From Candidatus Bathyarchaeota archaeon (GTDB taxonomy: Archaea > Thermoproteota > Bathyarchaeia > Bathyarchaeales > Bathycorpusculaceae): a stretch of 26,735 nucleotides of DNA. Both the position numbers and the translations under genes were made by a program. The stretch is from assembly GCA_963780185.1 (NCBI GenBank), contig CAWABA010000013.1, positions 1 through 26,735 on the forward strand. Reading direction: 5' to 3'. Positions 1 through 8,200 of this stretch are shown one piece after another. The notes under the pieces were generated by a model. The model did no database searches and was not told where the DNA came from. It saw only the letters and a list, made by a program, of their open reading frames with translations. Position 1 is the stretch's first letter; the number at the start of each line of letters is the position of its first letter.

Positions 1-658
1 GGCATGTTTGTTTGTGTCCGCATCCGCCTTGGCATTTGTGTTTAGCTACTCGTATGGGTGGGAGGTCTTCTGTTTGGATTATTCTTTTTATGTGTCCTAT
101 GACGCGTTTGACGTGGGTTTTCATGGTTGGCGTTATCTCAAACTGCTGGATTAGCCCTTCAGGGATGTAATTCACGAATCCCCGCTTAACGATTGTGCCA
201 TAGTTCTCTTCTATTAGTAGCGCATAGGCGACGAGTTGGTATTTGTGGTCCATGCATACTCTGCCGCCGTCGCTGTTCATGTTCTTGTACTCGATGGGTA
301 TGTACTCGGCTTTGACGGTTTTAACTATGAGGTCAATGTTACCCTGCAGCCCCAGCGCATCGGAACACAATGTAGTGGACAGCAGTTTCTCGGCGCCCAC
401 AAACTCAGGCGAATAGTAAACCGCGTCCTTTCGCCGAAGCTCCTTAGCAACATAATCCTCATGCGACTCCTTCCCCTCTTCCTGCTGGGAACCAAAAACA
501 GGCGTCGCATGCAAAACCCGATCAAAGTAGATTAGCCTTGGACAGTAAATGTAATGCTTCACATCAGTTACAGAGATAAACGATTCAGCAATATCCGATA
601 CATGTAGCCTTTGCTGATTTTTCAACCATTTATTTTCCCTCTCCGCTTTAGCCTTCAT
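1..658 (-). CDS. cas4: CRISPR-associated exonuclease Cas4 (3' end runs off the window; absent from the ORF track)
   Basis: Manual translation from ATG at 658 (GGTGAGG RBS-like motif upstream): ...ISVTDVKHYIYCPRLIYF...GLQGNIDL...IPIEYK...KYQLVAYALLIEE...HKCQGGCGHKQTC. This has the RecB-like motifs and the 1+3 Cys Fe-S ligands of Cas4, and lies directly downstream of cas2. Confidence 0.93.
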   Translation of the reverse strand, partial: MKAKAERENKWLKNQQRLHVSDIAESFISVTDVKHYIYCPRLIYFDRVLHATPVFGSQQEEGKESHEDYVAKELRRKDAVYYSPEFVGAEKLLSTTLCSDALGLQGNIDLIVKTVKAEYIPIEYKNMNSDGGRVCMDHKYQLVAYALLIEENYGTIVKRGFVNYIPEGLIQQFEITPTMKTHVKRVIGHIKRIIQTEDLPPIRVAKHKCQGGCGHKQTC

Positions 659-673
659 GTTAGCCTCACCATC

Positions 674-964
674 TTAGAAATATGCGATTTTTTCTTTCCC
701 TTCCTTATACTCATACTTCTTGGGCTTGCCCACCATCTTCTTGCCTTTCAAACAGCTATCACACATCGGAAACAACTGGACATTTTCCACTAGATCCTTA
801 ATTAAATTCTTCAACTCCACAAGCAAACTATTCAACTCATCCCGCCTAAGGTCACCCATAAAACCACTATACTGAATCCTCTGCAACCCATAATCCTTAA
901 GCGTCTCAGCAACAAGCGATCGCAAATTATCGTCCGAAACATCATAAATCACAACATAACGCAT
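674..964 (-). CDS. cas2: CRISPR-associated endoribonuclease Cas2
   Basis: 96 aa, N-terminal YVVIYDVSDD motif, GLQRIQYSGF motif, follows cas1. Confidence 0.96.
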   Translation of the reverse strand: MRYVVIYDVSDDNLRSLVAETLKDYGLQRIQYSGFMGDLRRDELNSLLVELKNLIKDLVENVQLFPMCDSCLKGKKMVGKPKKYEYKEGKEKIAYF

Positions 965-970
965 TACGGC

Positions 971-2029
971 TCACCAGCCCAAACTGAACGGAACATACTC
1001 AGCTTCTTTTAACAAGAAACGAACCATACAACGCGGTTGCAAATGAATAAAGCTCTTCAAGTCGCCTTTTTGACCGTTAAACATGACTTCACTATCCAAG
1101 CGTTCCTGAAGGCTATCCAACAAAACTTTAATGACCTCTTTGCGTAAAACTCGCCCTTCCTCAACCGATTCAACGGCAATAATTTCATCAGGTTTAATGA
1201 CGTTCTTTGTAATTAGCCCAATCAAGGTTCTATCTACGAGTTGCTGGCGAAACTCCTCCATCATATCTAAAACAAGAGACGGCTTCCCAGAACGGTCAGC
1301 ATGCAAGTATCCCGCGTAAAAATCCAGCCCAGCATAGCTCACTGCCTTCCAAACTTCCGTAAACAAAACTGCTTGATAACCAAAATTCAGCATCGCATTG
1401 AAAGGGTCAGTAGCGCCACGTGTTATCCGTCCTGTAAAGCCCAGTTCAGGCGGCAAAATCTGCCGAACACAATCCCAATAGTACCGTGCAGCTTCAGCTT
1501 CCAAATTCATGATTTGTTGCCGCTTCTCGTCTATGTTACATCCTTGCTCTCTGCTGATTCGGTCGTTTGCATCATCGATGAGTTTAGCTGACTCATACAG
1601 TTTTTCAGCCAGCTTCTGGTCGGTCTGCCGCCTATTCTTTGCCATAAGTTTTAGAAAATTCGCTTGATTAACCAGTTTTCCAGCAATGAACTTTTTCGCA
1701 AGCACTACGCTGCGTTCATCATTGTAAGCGATAAACTGTTCTCTTATAGCTCTGACGGAGCCTGTTAAAGTTGCAGGCATCAGCACAGCGTAGGGCCAGC
1801 CGCGATATTTGGCGAAGATTACTTGAATGTTGTTTTCTGTAGCCAGTTCCAATGCGCTCGCTGAAAAAGAAACGCCTGAACAGCAGCAAATTATCGAGTC
1901 AACGTCATCTGCAACTATCTCTTTGACTTCTCCATTCTTCTTGATGCTAAAACGATTTCTCTTTCTTCCAACGAAAATGCCAAAATCATCTAAAAACACA
2001 TTCATGGCAGCATCAACCGCTCTAGCCAT
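971..2029 (-). CDS. cas1: CRISPR-associated endonuclease Cas1 (start may be the internal Met of MNVFLDD, ~2005)
   Basis: Cas1 motifs MNLEAEAARYYW, DPFNAMLNFGY, GYLH, SLVLDMMEEFRQQLVD. Confidence 0.97.
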   Translation of the reverse strand: MARAVDAAMNVFLDDFGIFVGRKRNRFSIKKNGEVKEIVADDVDSIICCCSGVSFSASALELATENNIQVIFAKYRGWPYAVLMPATLTGSVRAIREQFIAYNDERSVVLAKKFIAGKLVNQANFLKLMAKNRRQTDQKLAEKLYESAKLIDDANDRISREQGCNIDEKRQQIMNLEAEAARYYWDCVRQILPPELGFTGRITRGATDPFNAMLNFGYQAVLFTEVWKAVSYAGLDFYAGYLHADRSGKPSLVLDMMEEFRQQLVDRTLIGLITKNVIKPDEIIAVESVEEGRVLRKEVIKVLLDSLQERLDSEVMFNGQKGDLKSFIHLQPRCMVRFLLKEAEYVPFSLGW

Positions 2030-2909
2030 AGCAGACGTTGTAGTATTGGCAGTACTCTTTGCATTGAGTACTCTCAGGCTTGCCGGGGTCTTTTCTCTCA
2101 GCTACAATTTCCAGTTTCTTGTCTCTTTCTTCAATCCACCACTGCCGAAGTTCGTCGTTGACAAAAAAGAGGTCCTTCTGAACGCTTATCTTGCCGTTTT
2201 CAACGTTCAAGTAGACAGTACCACAAATGTCAACGGGTACTTCATGGATGCTCTCAAAAACAAGCGCATAACCAACAGAGTAAAGCCTATGCCAGTCTTC
2301 TTTTAAACTGGTTACTTTTAGGTCAAACATTATGGTTCTAAGATAATCAAAACAATCCACACTAAGGATGTCGCTTAAGCCAAGCAGTTCACCAGAGAGC
2401 TTGTGCTCAACCAAAAAAGGAACCGTAGTGCCTAACAAATCCATCTCTGACGCATACGGCTGGCTGCAGGAAAGTTCTGCCAACTGGGCATCACACATTT
2501 TATGCATGAAATCCCAAACCTGCCTGCACTTATCAATAACGTTCTCAGGTTTTTCGCCAATTTCCTGCCACCTAACCTTTTGCCACCACACGTCAAAAGT
2601 TAAGTTTTGCCGTTGACGAAAACTCTGCAAGCAATCACTAACTATGCCGTGGAATAGTTTGCCCAAAGCCATCCGCGAACTCGGAGCCGAATACTTCTTT
2701 TCAACATTGCGCAGATACACATCGCGGCTACTGGGGCAATATTTGGAGCTAACCTGGTACATGGGTAACTTGACGTTGTCAAAATAAGGTTTTAAGGGCG
2801 GTTGATGCCAGTTCCAGCCTCTCAGCTCCTTACTAACGCCCACTTCCCTTGCGGTCGGCAGAAGCTGATAAAGGAGCCGCTTCTGTTCGATGTCTGACAG
2901 AAAATACAA
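2022..2909 (-). CDS. csa1: Type I-A CRISPR-associated Csa1 (Cas4a)
   Basis: ELRGWNW...PPLKP N-terminal motif typical of Csa1; YCPSSRDVYL; DLK nuclease motif; C-terminal CKEYCQYYNVC; first gene of csa1-cas1-cas2-cas4; TTG start. Confidence 0.9.
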   Translation of the reverse strand: MYFLSDIEQKRLLYQLLPTAREVGVSKELRGWNWHQPPLKPYFDNVKLPMYQVSSKYCPSSRDVYLRNVEKKYSAPSSRMALGKLFHGIVSDCLQSFRQRQNLTFDVWWQKVRWQEIGEKPENVIDKCRQVWDFMHKMCDAQLAELSCSQPYASEMDLLGTTVPFLVEHKLSGELLGLSDILSVDCFDYLRTIMFDLKVTSLKEDWHRLYSVGYALVFESIHEVPVDICGTVYLNVENGKISVQKDLFFVNDELRQWWIEERDKKLEIVAERKDPGKPESTQCKEYCQYYNVCYG

Positions 2910-3045
2910 CCTTGGTCAACCATCAAAACGACGTTATTCGATTATGTTTATAAACTGAATGACGGTTGAATAATAATCGAGCCTATATATTCAGAATCAT
3001 ATTCGGAATAGGTTCCGATTAGCGAATAAGGCAAAAATCGGCTCG
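2910..3045. promoter_or_regulatory. CRISPR leader and divergent promoter region for the cas operon (-) and the array (+)
   Basis: AT-rich 136 bp between the csa1 start and repeat 1. TATA-like GTTTATAAAC (2946-2955) and CTATATAT (~2983-2990); inverted repeat TCGATTAT/ATAATCGA (2938-2945/2973-2980). Confidence 0.8.
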
Positions 3046-4705
3046 GATGCATGGAAAAATCCCAAGGAACGGGAATTGAAAGCGTAAGTCATATCTGCAT
3101 GGAACCGTCGAATTGGAACGAGGTCTAGCAGGATGCATGGAAAAATCCCAAGGAACGGGAATTGAAAGTGATTAGCTGAATGGTTAATTTAGGGATAAAT
3201 GCAGTTGGATGCATGGAAAAATCCCAAGGAACGGGAATTGAAAGTAAAGCTACCGATGCAGTTGACCAGACGTCAAATAGTGCGATGCATGGAAAAATCC
3301 CAAGGAACGGGAATTGAAAGTGAAACAATTAAGAGTTGCTAAAAATGTTGATTCTAGAGATGCATGGAAAAATCCCAAGGAACGGGAATTGAAAGGCAAG
3401 CCGACCGAAGCATGTCAAGGCTTAACCAGGTTAGTTCTTGATGCATGGAAAAATCCCAAGGAACGGGAATTGAAAGTTAGCAACTTGAACGAGTACGGAT
3501 TTTGGTGAACTTATATGATGCATGGAAAAATCCCAAGGAACGGGAATTGAAAGGATTCATCGAGTGTTAAGGCATAAGGTTAAGCATTGGCGGATGCATG
3601 GAAAAATCCCAAGGAACGGGAATTGAAAGTAAACATCAATAGACTTTAGAACAGAGCAATCTATTGGCATGATGCATGGAAAAATCCCAAGGAACGGGAA
3701 TTGAAAGGCAGGAAATTGACGTTGTCACCGCTCAACGTACTGCTAAGGATGCATGGAAAAATCCCAAGGAACGGGAATTGAAAGGTATACTAATGGCGAG
3801 ATGCGTCTTGAGCGATCTGTCAGATGCATGGAAAAATCCCAAGGAACGGGAATTGAAAGATGGATGAAGGAATCCAGTGGTGAACTTCTAATGACTTTCT
3901 TGATGCATGGAAAAATCCCAAGGAACGGGAATTGAAAGCATTGAAGCTGTAGCGTTGATACGCCGATTGACTTAAGATGCATGGAAAAATCCCAAGGAAC
4001 GGGAATTGAAAGTTAAATACTTCTAGGCGGAGAAGCTTGAAGCGCCAAGAGTGGGAGGATGCATGGAAAAATCCCAAGGAACGGGAATTGAAAGAGATAA
4101 TTGGTGGCAGGTGGAGTAAACGCCGAAATTAACGATGCATGGAAAAATCCCAAGGAACGGGAATTGAAAGTTAAATACTTGTATGGCAAGCTTGTAAGCG
4201 CCAAGATGGATGGATGCATGGAAAAATCCCAAGGAACGGGAATTGAAAGGAGATAATTGATGGCAGGTGGAATAAACGCCGAAATTAACGATGCATGGAA
4301 AAATCCCAAGGAACGGGAATTGAAAGACAGTAAATTGAAGCAGCCCCGAAACAACGACAGACGAAGGATGCATGGAAAAATCCCAAGGAACGGGAATTGA
4401 AAGTTGCTTATGGTAGCCAAGCGTCAGGAGAAACTTAGATGCATGGAAAAATCCCAAGGAACGGGAATTGAAAGCCTGAAAATTATTATCCTGCCGAAAC
4501 CCCAAAGTTGACTGATGCATGGAAAAATCCCAAGGAACGGGAATTGAAAGAAACAAGTAATTCGACCAAATACTGTAGGGTTATACATTTTGATGCAAGG
4601 AAAAATCCCAAGGAACGGGAATTGAAAGACCCAATAGCTATAATCTCCCGAAACCGTCATTGAAGTCAGATGCAAGGAAAAATCCCAAGGAACGGGAATT
4701 GAAAG
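3046..4705 (+). CRISPR. CRISPR array: 22 repeats of 37 bp (GATGCATGGAAAAATCCCAAGGAACGGGAATTGAAAG) and 21 spacers of 34-49 bp
   Basis: Repeats counted by hand at 3046, 3132, 3208, 3284, 3359, 3440, 3517, 3593, 3671, 3748, 3823, 3902, 3976, 4058, 4134, 4213, 4290, 4367, 4438, 4514, 4592, 4669. The ATTGAAAG 3' handle, the leader on the left and a T>A variant (GATGCAAGG) in the last two repeats give + orientation. Short TCCC/GGGA stem in the repeat. Confidence 0.99.
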
Positions 4706-4792
4706 GTACTAGAAAAATGCGGTGTTCGGCGAAAACAACTGCTACCAAAAAAACGCCGCGCCCGTATCCGACAATAAGCGACAATGCCGTCT

Positions 4793-4943
4793 ATGTTGAG
4801 TCAACATGGCAAGTCGCAATCCGCCCATAGTAAAGTCGCAACGTTCAATCAGACAGAGCAAGCCTAAACCCAAAAAAGCAACCCGAAACACAACTTGCCA
4901 CCCGCGAAAGTCGCAACTTTCACCAAAACAAAAGTCGCAACTT
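4793..4943. repeat. Cluster of four AAGTCGCAA motifs plus palindrome ATGTTGA-G-TCAACAT
   Basis: AAGTCGCAA at 4811, 4833, 4908, 4932; palindrome at 4793-4807. Confidence 0.7.
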
Positions 4944-5085
4944 AAAAAAACACAGAAAAAAAACAAAAAATCCCAAACAATGAACCATCTTCAGTAAACC
5001 TTAAAGAGTTAAGGTACGTGTTTTTAAACTCCAAGTCACAGTAACATTTATTATTGAATAATGAAATGTTGAGTGTGCGATAGAT

Positions 5086-5283
5086 ATGGGTTTGAAATCT
5101 TGGTTACAGCAGGCTGGACGAACTTTGAAGCTAGCTAACAAGCCTGGACGGGAAGAGCTTTGGCTTTCGATAAAGATCAGTCTTCTCGGCATAGGTTTAG
5201 TTGGCGTAATCGGCTATGTAATCAAACTCTTATCTTGGGCTCTTGGCAGTCAGGCGCTACATCTACAACTTAAAGGAAACTGA
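5086..5283 (+). CDS. secE: Protein translocase subunit SecE / Sec61-gamma
   Basis: 65 aa, RTLKLANKPGREE motif followed by one TM helix (LLGIGLVGVIGYVI); conserved position upstream of spt5. Confidence 0.93.
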   Translation: MGLKSWLQQAGRTLKLANKPGREELWLSIKISLLGIGLVGVIGYVIKLLSWALGSQALHLQLKGN

Positions 5284-5286
5284 ATC

Positions 5287-5760
5287 ATGGACAAGAAAGA
5301 AGAAGAGCAAATGCAAACTAAAATTTTCGTGGTTAAAACAACCACTGGGCAAGAACGAAACGTAGCCCGGCTTATTGCCTCAAAGGTTGACATGAACCAC
5401 ATTCCCATAAAAGCTCTTCTTGTACCCGACACACTCAAAGGATACGTTTTTGTTGAAGCAGACGGACCGCACCTAGTGGAAGAAGCCATCTCAGGTTTAA
5501 GACATGTACGCTCCAGAATTCCTGGTCTAGTCAGCTTCGCCGAAATAGAACGATACATCGTTCGCAAACCAGTCATGGAAGACCTCAACGAAGATGACGT
5601 CGTTGAAATCACAGGCGGACCATTCAAAGGTATGCGGGCTAAAATCACAAGACTTGACAAGTCAAAAGGCGAAGTTACCCTCGAACTGCTTGAGGCAACA
5701 TTCACTTTGCCAATCACAGTACACTCAGATTATGTAAAACTGGTGGAAAAAGCAAGATAA
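5287..5760 (+). CDS. spt5: Transcription elongation factor Spt5 (NusG)
   Basis: NGN domain ([20 protein letters not shown]) plus KOW motif ([15 protein letters not shown]). Confidence 0.97.
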   Translation: MDKKEEEQMQTKIFVVKTTTGQERNVARLIASKVDMNHIPIKALLVPDTLKGYVFVEADGPHLVEEAISGLRHVRSRIPGLVSFAEIERYIVRKPVMEDLNEDDVVEITGGPFKGMRAKITRLDKSKGEVTLELLEATFTLPITVHSDYVKLVEKAR

Positions 5761-5779
5761 AACAAAATTGGTGAAAAAC

Positions 5780-6268
5780 ATGAGCGAAAAAAAATCTGTT
5801 GAATTGCTCGTAAACGGCGGACAAGCCAATGCAGGTCCACCTCTGGGTCCAGCTCTTGGACCGTTAGGCGTTAACATCATGGCTATTGTCAACAAAATTA
5901 ACGAGCTTACCAAAGACTATGCTGGAATGAAGGTTCCGGTGAAGATCAGTGTTGACACTGAAGACAAAACTTTCGAGGTTACCGTAGGCACTCCGACTGC
6001 TTCAGCTTTGATTGTTGCTGAGTTGAAGATAGAGAAGGGTTCAGGTACACCTAACACCGTTAAAGTAGGCGATTTGTCTATGGAGCAGATGGTGCGCATC
6101 GCTAAGATTAAGCGTCCTGAACTTTTAGCGCCGACTCTCAAGAAGGCGACAAAGGAGATGCTTGGTACATGCGTCAGTGTAGGCGTCACTGTTGAAGGCA
6201 AAGACCCGCGGGAAGTCCAAAAAGACGTTGACGACGGAAAATATGAAGCGCTGTTTGGTAACGAATAA
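5780..6268 (+). CDS. rpl11: 50S ribosomal protein uL11
   Basis: [20 protein letters not shown] motif; ATG at 5780 preceded by GGTGA. Confidence 0.97.
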   Translation: MSEKKSVELLVNGGQANAGPPLGPALGPLGVNIMAIVNKINELTKDYAGMKVPVKISVDTEDKTFEVTVGTPTASALIVAELKIEKGSGTPNTVKVGDLSMEQMVRIAKIKRPELLAPTLKKATKEMLGTCVSVGVTVEGKDPREVQKDVDDGKYEALFGNE

Positions 6269-6326
6269 TGATAAGCGAATATTTTTATAATGGGTTTCCA
6301 ATCCCTCATTGGCACGAGGCTTAAAA

Positions 6327-6977
6327 ATGCCCCTAGACAACAAGACGATATCCGAAGCAATTAAAAAGGCAAAGACGCAGTCTGGCGACAAAAAATTCAA
6401 CCAGACAGTAGATTTGATCTTAGACATTACAGAGATCGACATGAAGTCGCCAGAAGGCAAAATCCAAGAGATCGTTGAGCTTCCCCACGAAACAGGAAAG
6501 CCGAACAAGATCTGCGTGATTGCTTCTGGAGAATTTGCGTATAAGGCGAAAAACGCTAACGCAGACCACGTTGTGGAACGTGCCGACTTAGATGCGTTGA
6601 ATGGTAAAAAGAAGGAGCTGCGTAAGCTTGCTGAAGAATATGACGTTTTCATTTCTGAAGCTCCTTTGATGCCGCTTGTAGGTAGGATTCTTGGTCCTGT
6701 TTTGGGTCCGAGAGGAAAGATGCCTATTCCAGTTGCGCCTAACGCTGATATTGCAGCTTTGCTAATTAAGCATCGTAAGACGGTGGTTGTGAGGATGCGC
6801 AATCAGCCGATTATTCAAGTTTCAGTTGGCTCTCAGCAGATGAAGGATGAGGATCTTGTCGATAACACTATGACTGTTCTTCGTGTTTTAGATGGGAAGC
6901 TTAAGCGTGGCCTCAAGAACGTAAAGTACGCTTTCATCAAGACATCTATGGGTGAGCCAGTTAAAATTAAACCTTAA
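6327..6977 (+). CDS. rpl1: 50S ribosomal protein uL1
   Basis: KFNQTVDL, GPVLGPRGKMP and KTSMG motifs; probable ATG at 6327; TATA-like TTTTTATAA in the preceding intergenic region. Confidence 0.97.
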   Translation: MPLDNKTISEAIKKAKTQSGDKKFNQTVDLILDITEIDMKSPEGKIQEIVELPHETGKPNKICVIASGEFAYKAKNANADHVVERADLDALNGKKKELRKLAEEYDVFISEAPLMPLVGRILGPVLGPRGKMPIPVAPNADIAALLIKHRKTVVVRMRNQPIIQVSVGSQQMKDEDLVDNTMTVLRVLDGKLKRGLKNVKYAFIKTSMGEPVKIKP

Positions 6978-6991
6978 AGAGTAGAGAAACT

Positions 6992-7858
6992 ATGCCGTCC
7001 CAACAAGTATTAGAAGAAAAGTCAAGCGAAGTAGACGCGATAAAGGACATACTTAAAGAGTACCATTCCATCGGCATCGCTAGCCTCAAGAAGGTTCGCG
7101 CTTCCCAACTTCAAGAGCTAAAGAAAACCATGCAGGGCAAAGTTTACCTCCGAGTTTTAAAGAACACGCTGATGAAGCTAGCTATAGAAGAAATGGCACA
7201 GGAAGACCTCAAGAAGCTCGAGGTATACTTGGACGGGTCAAACGTTTACATGTTCACAGACCTGAACCCCTTCAAACTTGCGTTGCTTCTGGAACGAGGC
7301 AAAGTCAAGACAACCGCGAAGGCAGGCGACACAGCCGCGATGGACGTGGTTGTTCCAACTGGCAACACGGGGCAACCTCCAGGACCCATCATCAGCCAAC
7401 TTAACTCCGTCGGCTTGCCTACCCGTATCGAGTCAGGCAGCGTCTGGGTCAGCAAAGACACGTTGGTTGTCCGCAAAGGCGAAGAAATCAACGAGCGCCT
7501 CGCAGGTGTCCTCTCAAAACTGAACATTAAAGCCGTTGAACTTGGCATTTCAATGCGTGCAGTCTTCGACAACGGATTGATAATTGTCGGCGACCAACTC
7601 AAAATTGACGTTGACGCAACACGCAAAAGCCTTGAGCAAAGCAATCAGGAAGCATTCGCATTGGCAATGGGCATCAGCTACCCCACCAAAGACACCATCA
7701 AACCGCTACTGCAGCTAGCCCATCAGAAAGCCGTTGCATTAGGCGTCGCCGCAGCAGTACCCACCAAAGACACCATCGGCGAACTCTTACGGAAAGCCAA
7801 TGCTGAAATGACGAGCGTAAGCGGCGCAGCTGACAAAGCTAAGCCGAAAGCCGCATAA
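6992..7858 (+). CDS. rpl10: 50S ribosomal protein uL10 (archaeal P0)
   Basis: KNTLM, FTDLNPFKL, GNTGQPPGPIISQL motifs; follows rpl1. Confidence 0.96.
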   Translation: MPSQQVLEEKSSEVDAIKDILKEYHSIGIASLKKVRASQLQELKKTMQGKVYLRVLKNTLMKLAIEEMAQEDLKKLEVYLDGSNVYMFTDLNPFKLALLLERGKVKTTAKAGDTAAMDVVVPTGNTGQPPGPIISQLNSVGLPTRIESGSVWVSKDTLVVRKGEEINERLAGVLSKLNIKAVELGISMRAVFDNGLIIVGDQLKIDVDATRKSLEQSNQEAFALAMGISYPTKDTIKPLLQLAHQKAVALGVAAAVPTKDTIGELLRKANAEMTSVSGAADKAKPKAA

Positions 7859-7871
7859 AATCGGCTCATTA

Positions 7872-7940
7872 ATTTTTTCTTTTTGTTTTCTTTTTGATGG
7901 CGCTTTGTATTTCTTTTCCATTTTTACCTTGTTTTTTTGA
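7872..7940 (+). terminator. Oligo-T tract, probable archaeal terminator of the ribosomal protein operon
   Basis: Several runs of T4-T7 immediately after the rpl10 stop. Confidence 0.65.
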
Positions 7941-8200
7941 TGTAAAAATGGGGGTACCCTCATTGTGTCAAACCATATTTGTGATGGATTTTGGTCACAA
8001 ATACTAGACCCCTCTCCCCTACGGTTCAGCCAGGGCTTGTTTCTGGTTGATTTTTTGGTTTAGGCTTTAAAACGAGCTTAGAGATGATTTCTTGATGCCG
8101 AAAGCTAACATGCTTTTCTGATTTTTCAACATCCGTTTGCATCTGGCGGGCATTCAGGCAAAGCTTTTTTGCCATCAAACCCATGCCTAAGTAGAGATGC

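Noticed and set aside
3718-3731. Spacer 9 shares GACGTTGTCACCGC (14 nt) with the 3' end of the helicase gene (~17218-17231), suggesting self-targeting
   Set aside because: Only 14 of 40 nt match and the flanks do not; such a match is plausible by chance given ~850 nt of spacers against 27 kb on both strands.
4475-4513. Spacer 19 encodes VNFGV on the minus strand like spacers 14/16, with synonymous differences
   Set aside because: Similarity stops after 5 codons and a stop codon follows; compatible with chance.
3125-4675. Many 60-177 aa ORFs overlapping the array
   Set aside because: They are translations of CRISPR repeats (recurring FQFPFLGIFPC / DAWKNPKERELK), not genes.
4965-4976. AAAAATCCCAA identical to the repeat core, a possible degenerate terminal repeat or anti-repeat
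   Set aside because: It lies in a low-complexity A-tract ~260 bp from the array, in the same orientation, with no other repeat positions matching.
4742-4997. ORFs 4806..4997 (+) and 4742..4966 (-)
   Set aside because: Low-complexity products of the motif cluster and A-tract; no recognisable domain.
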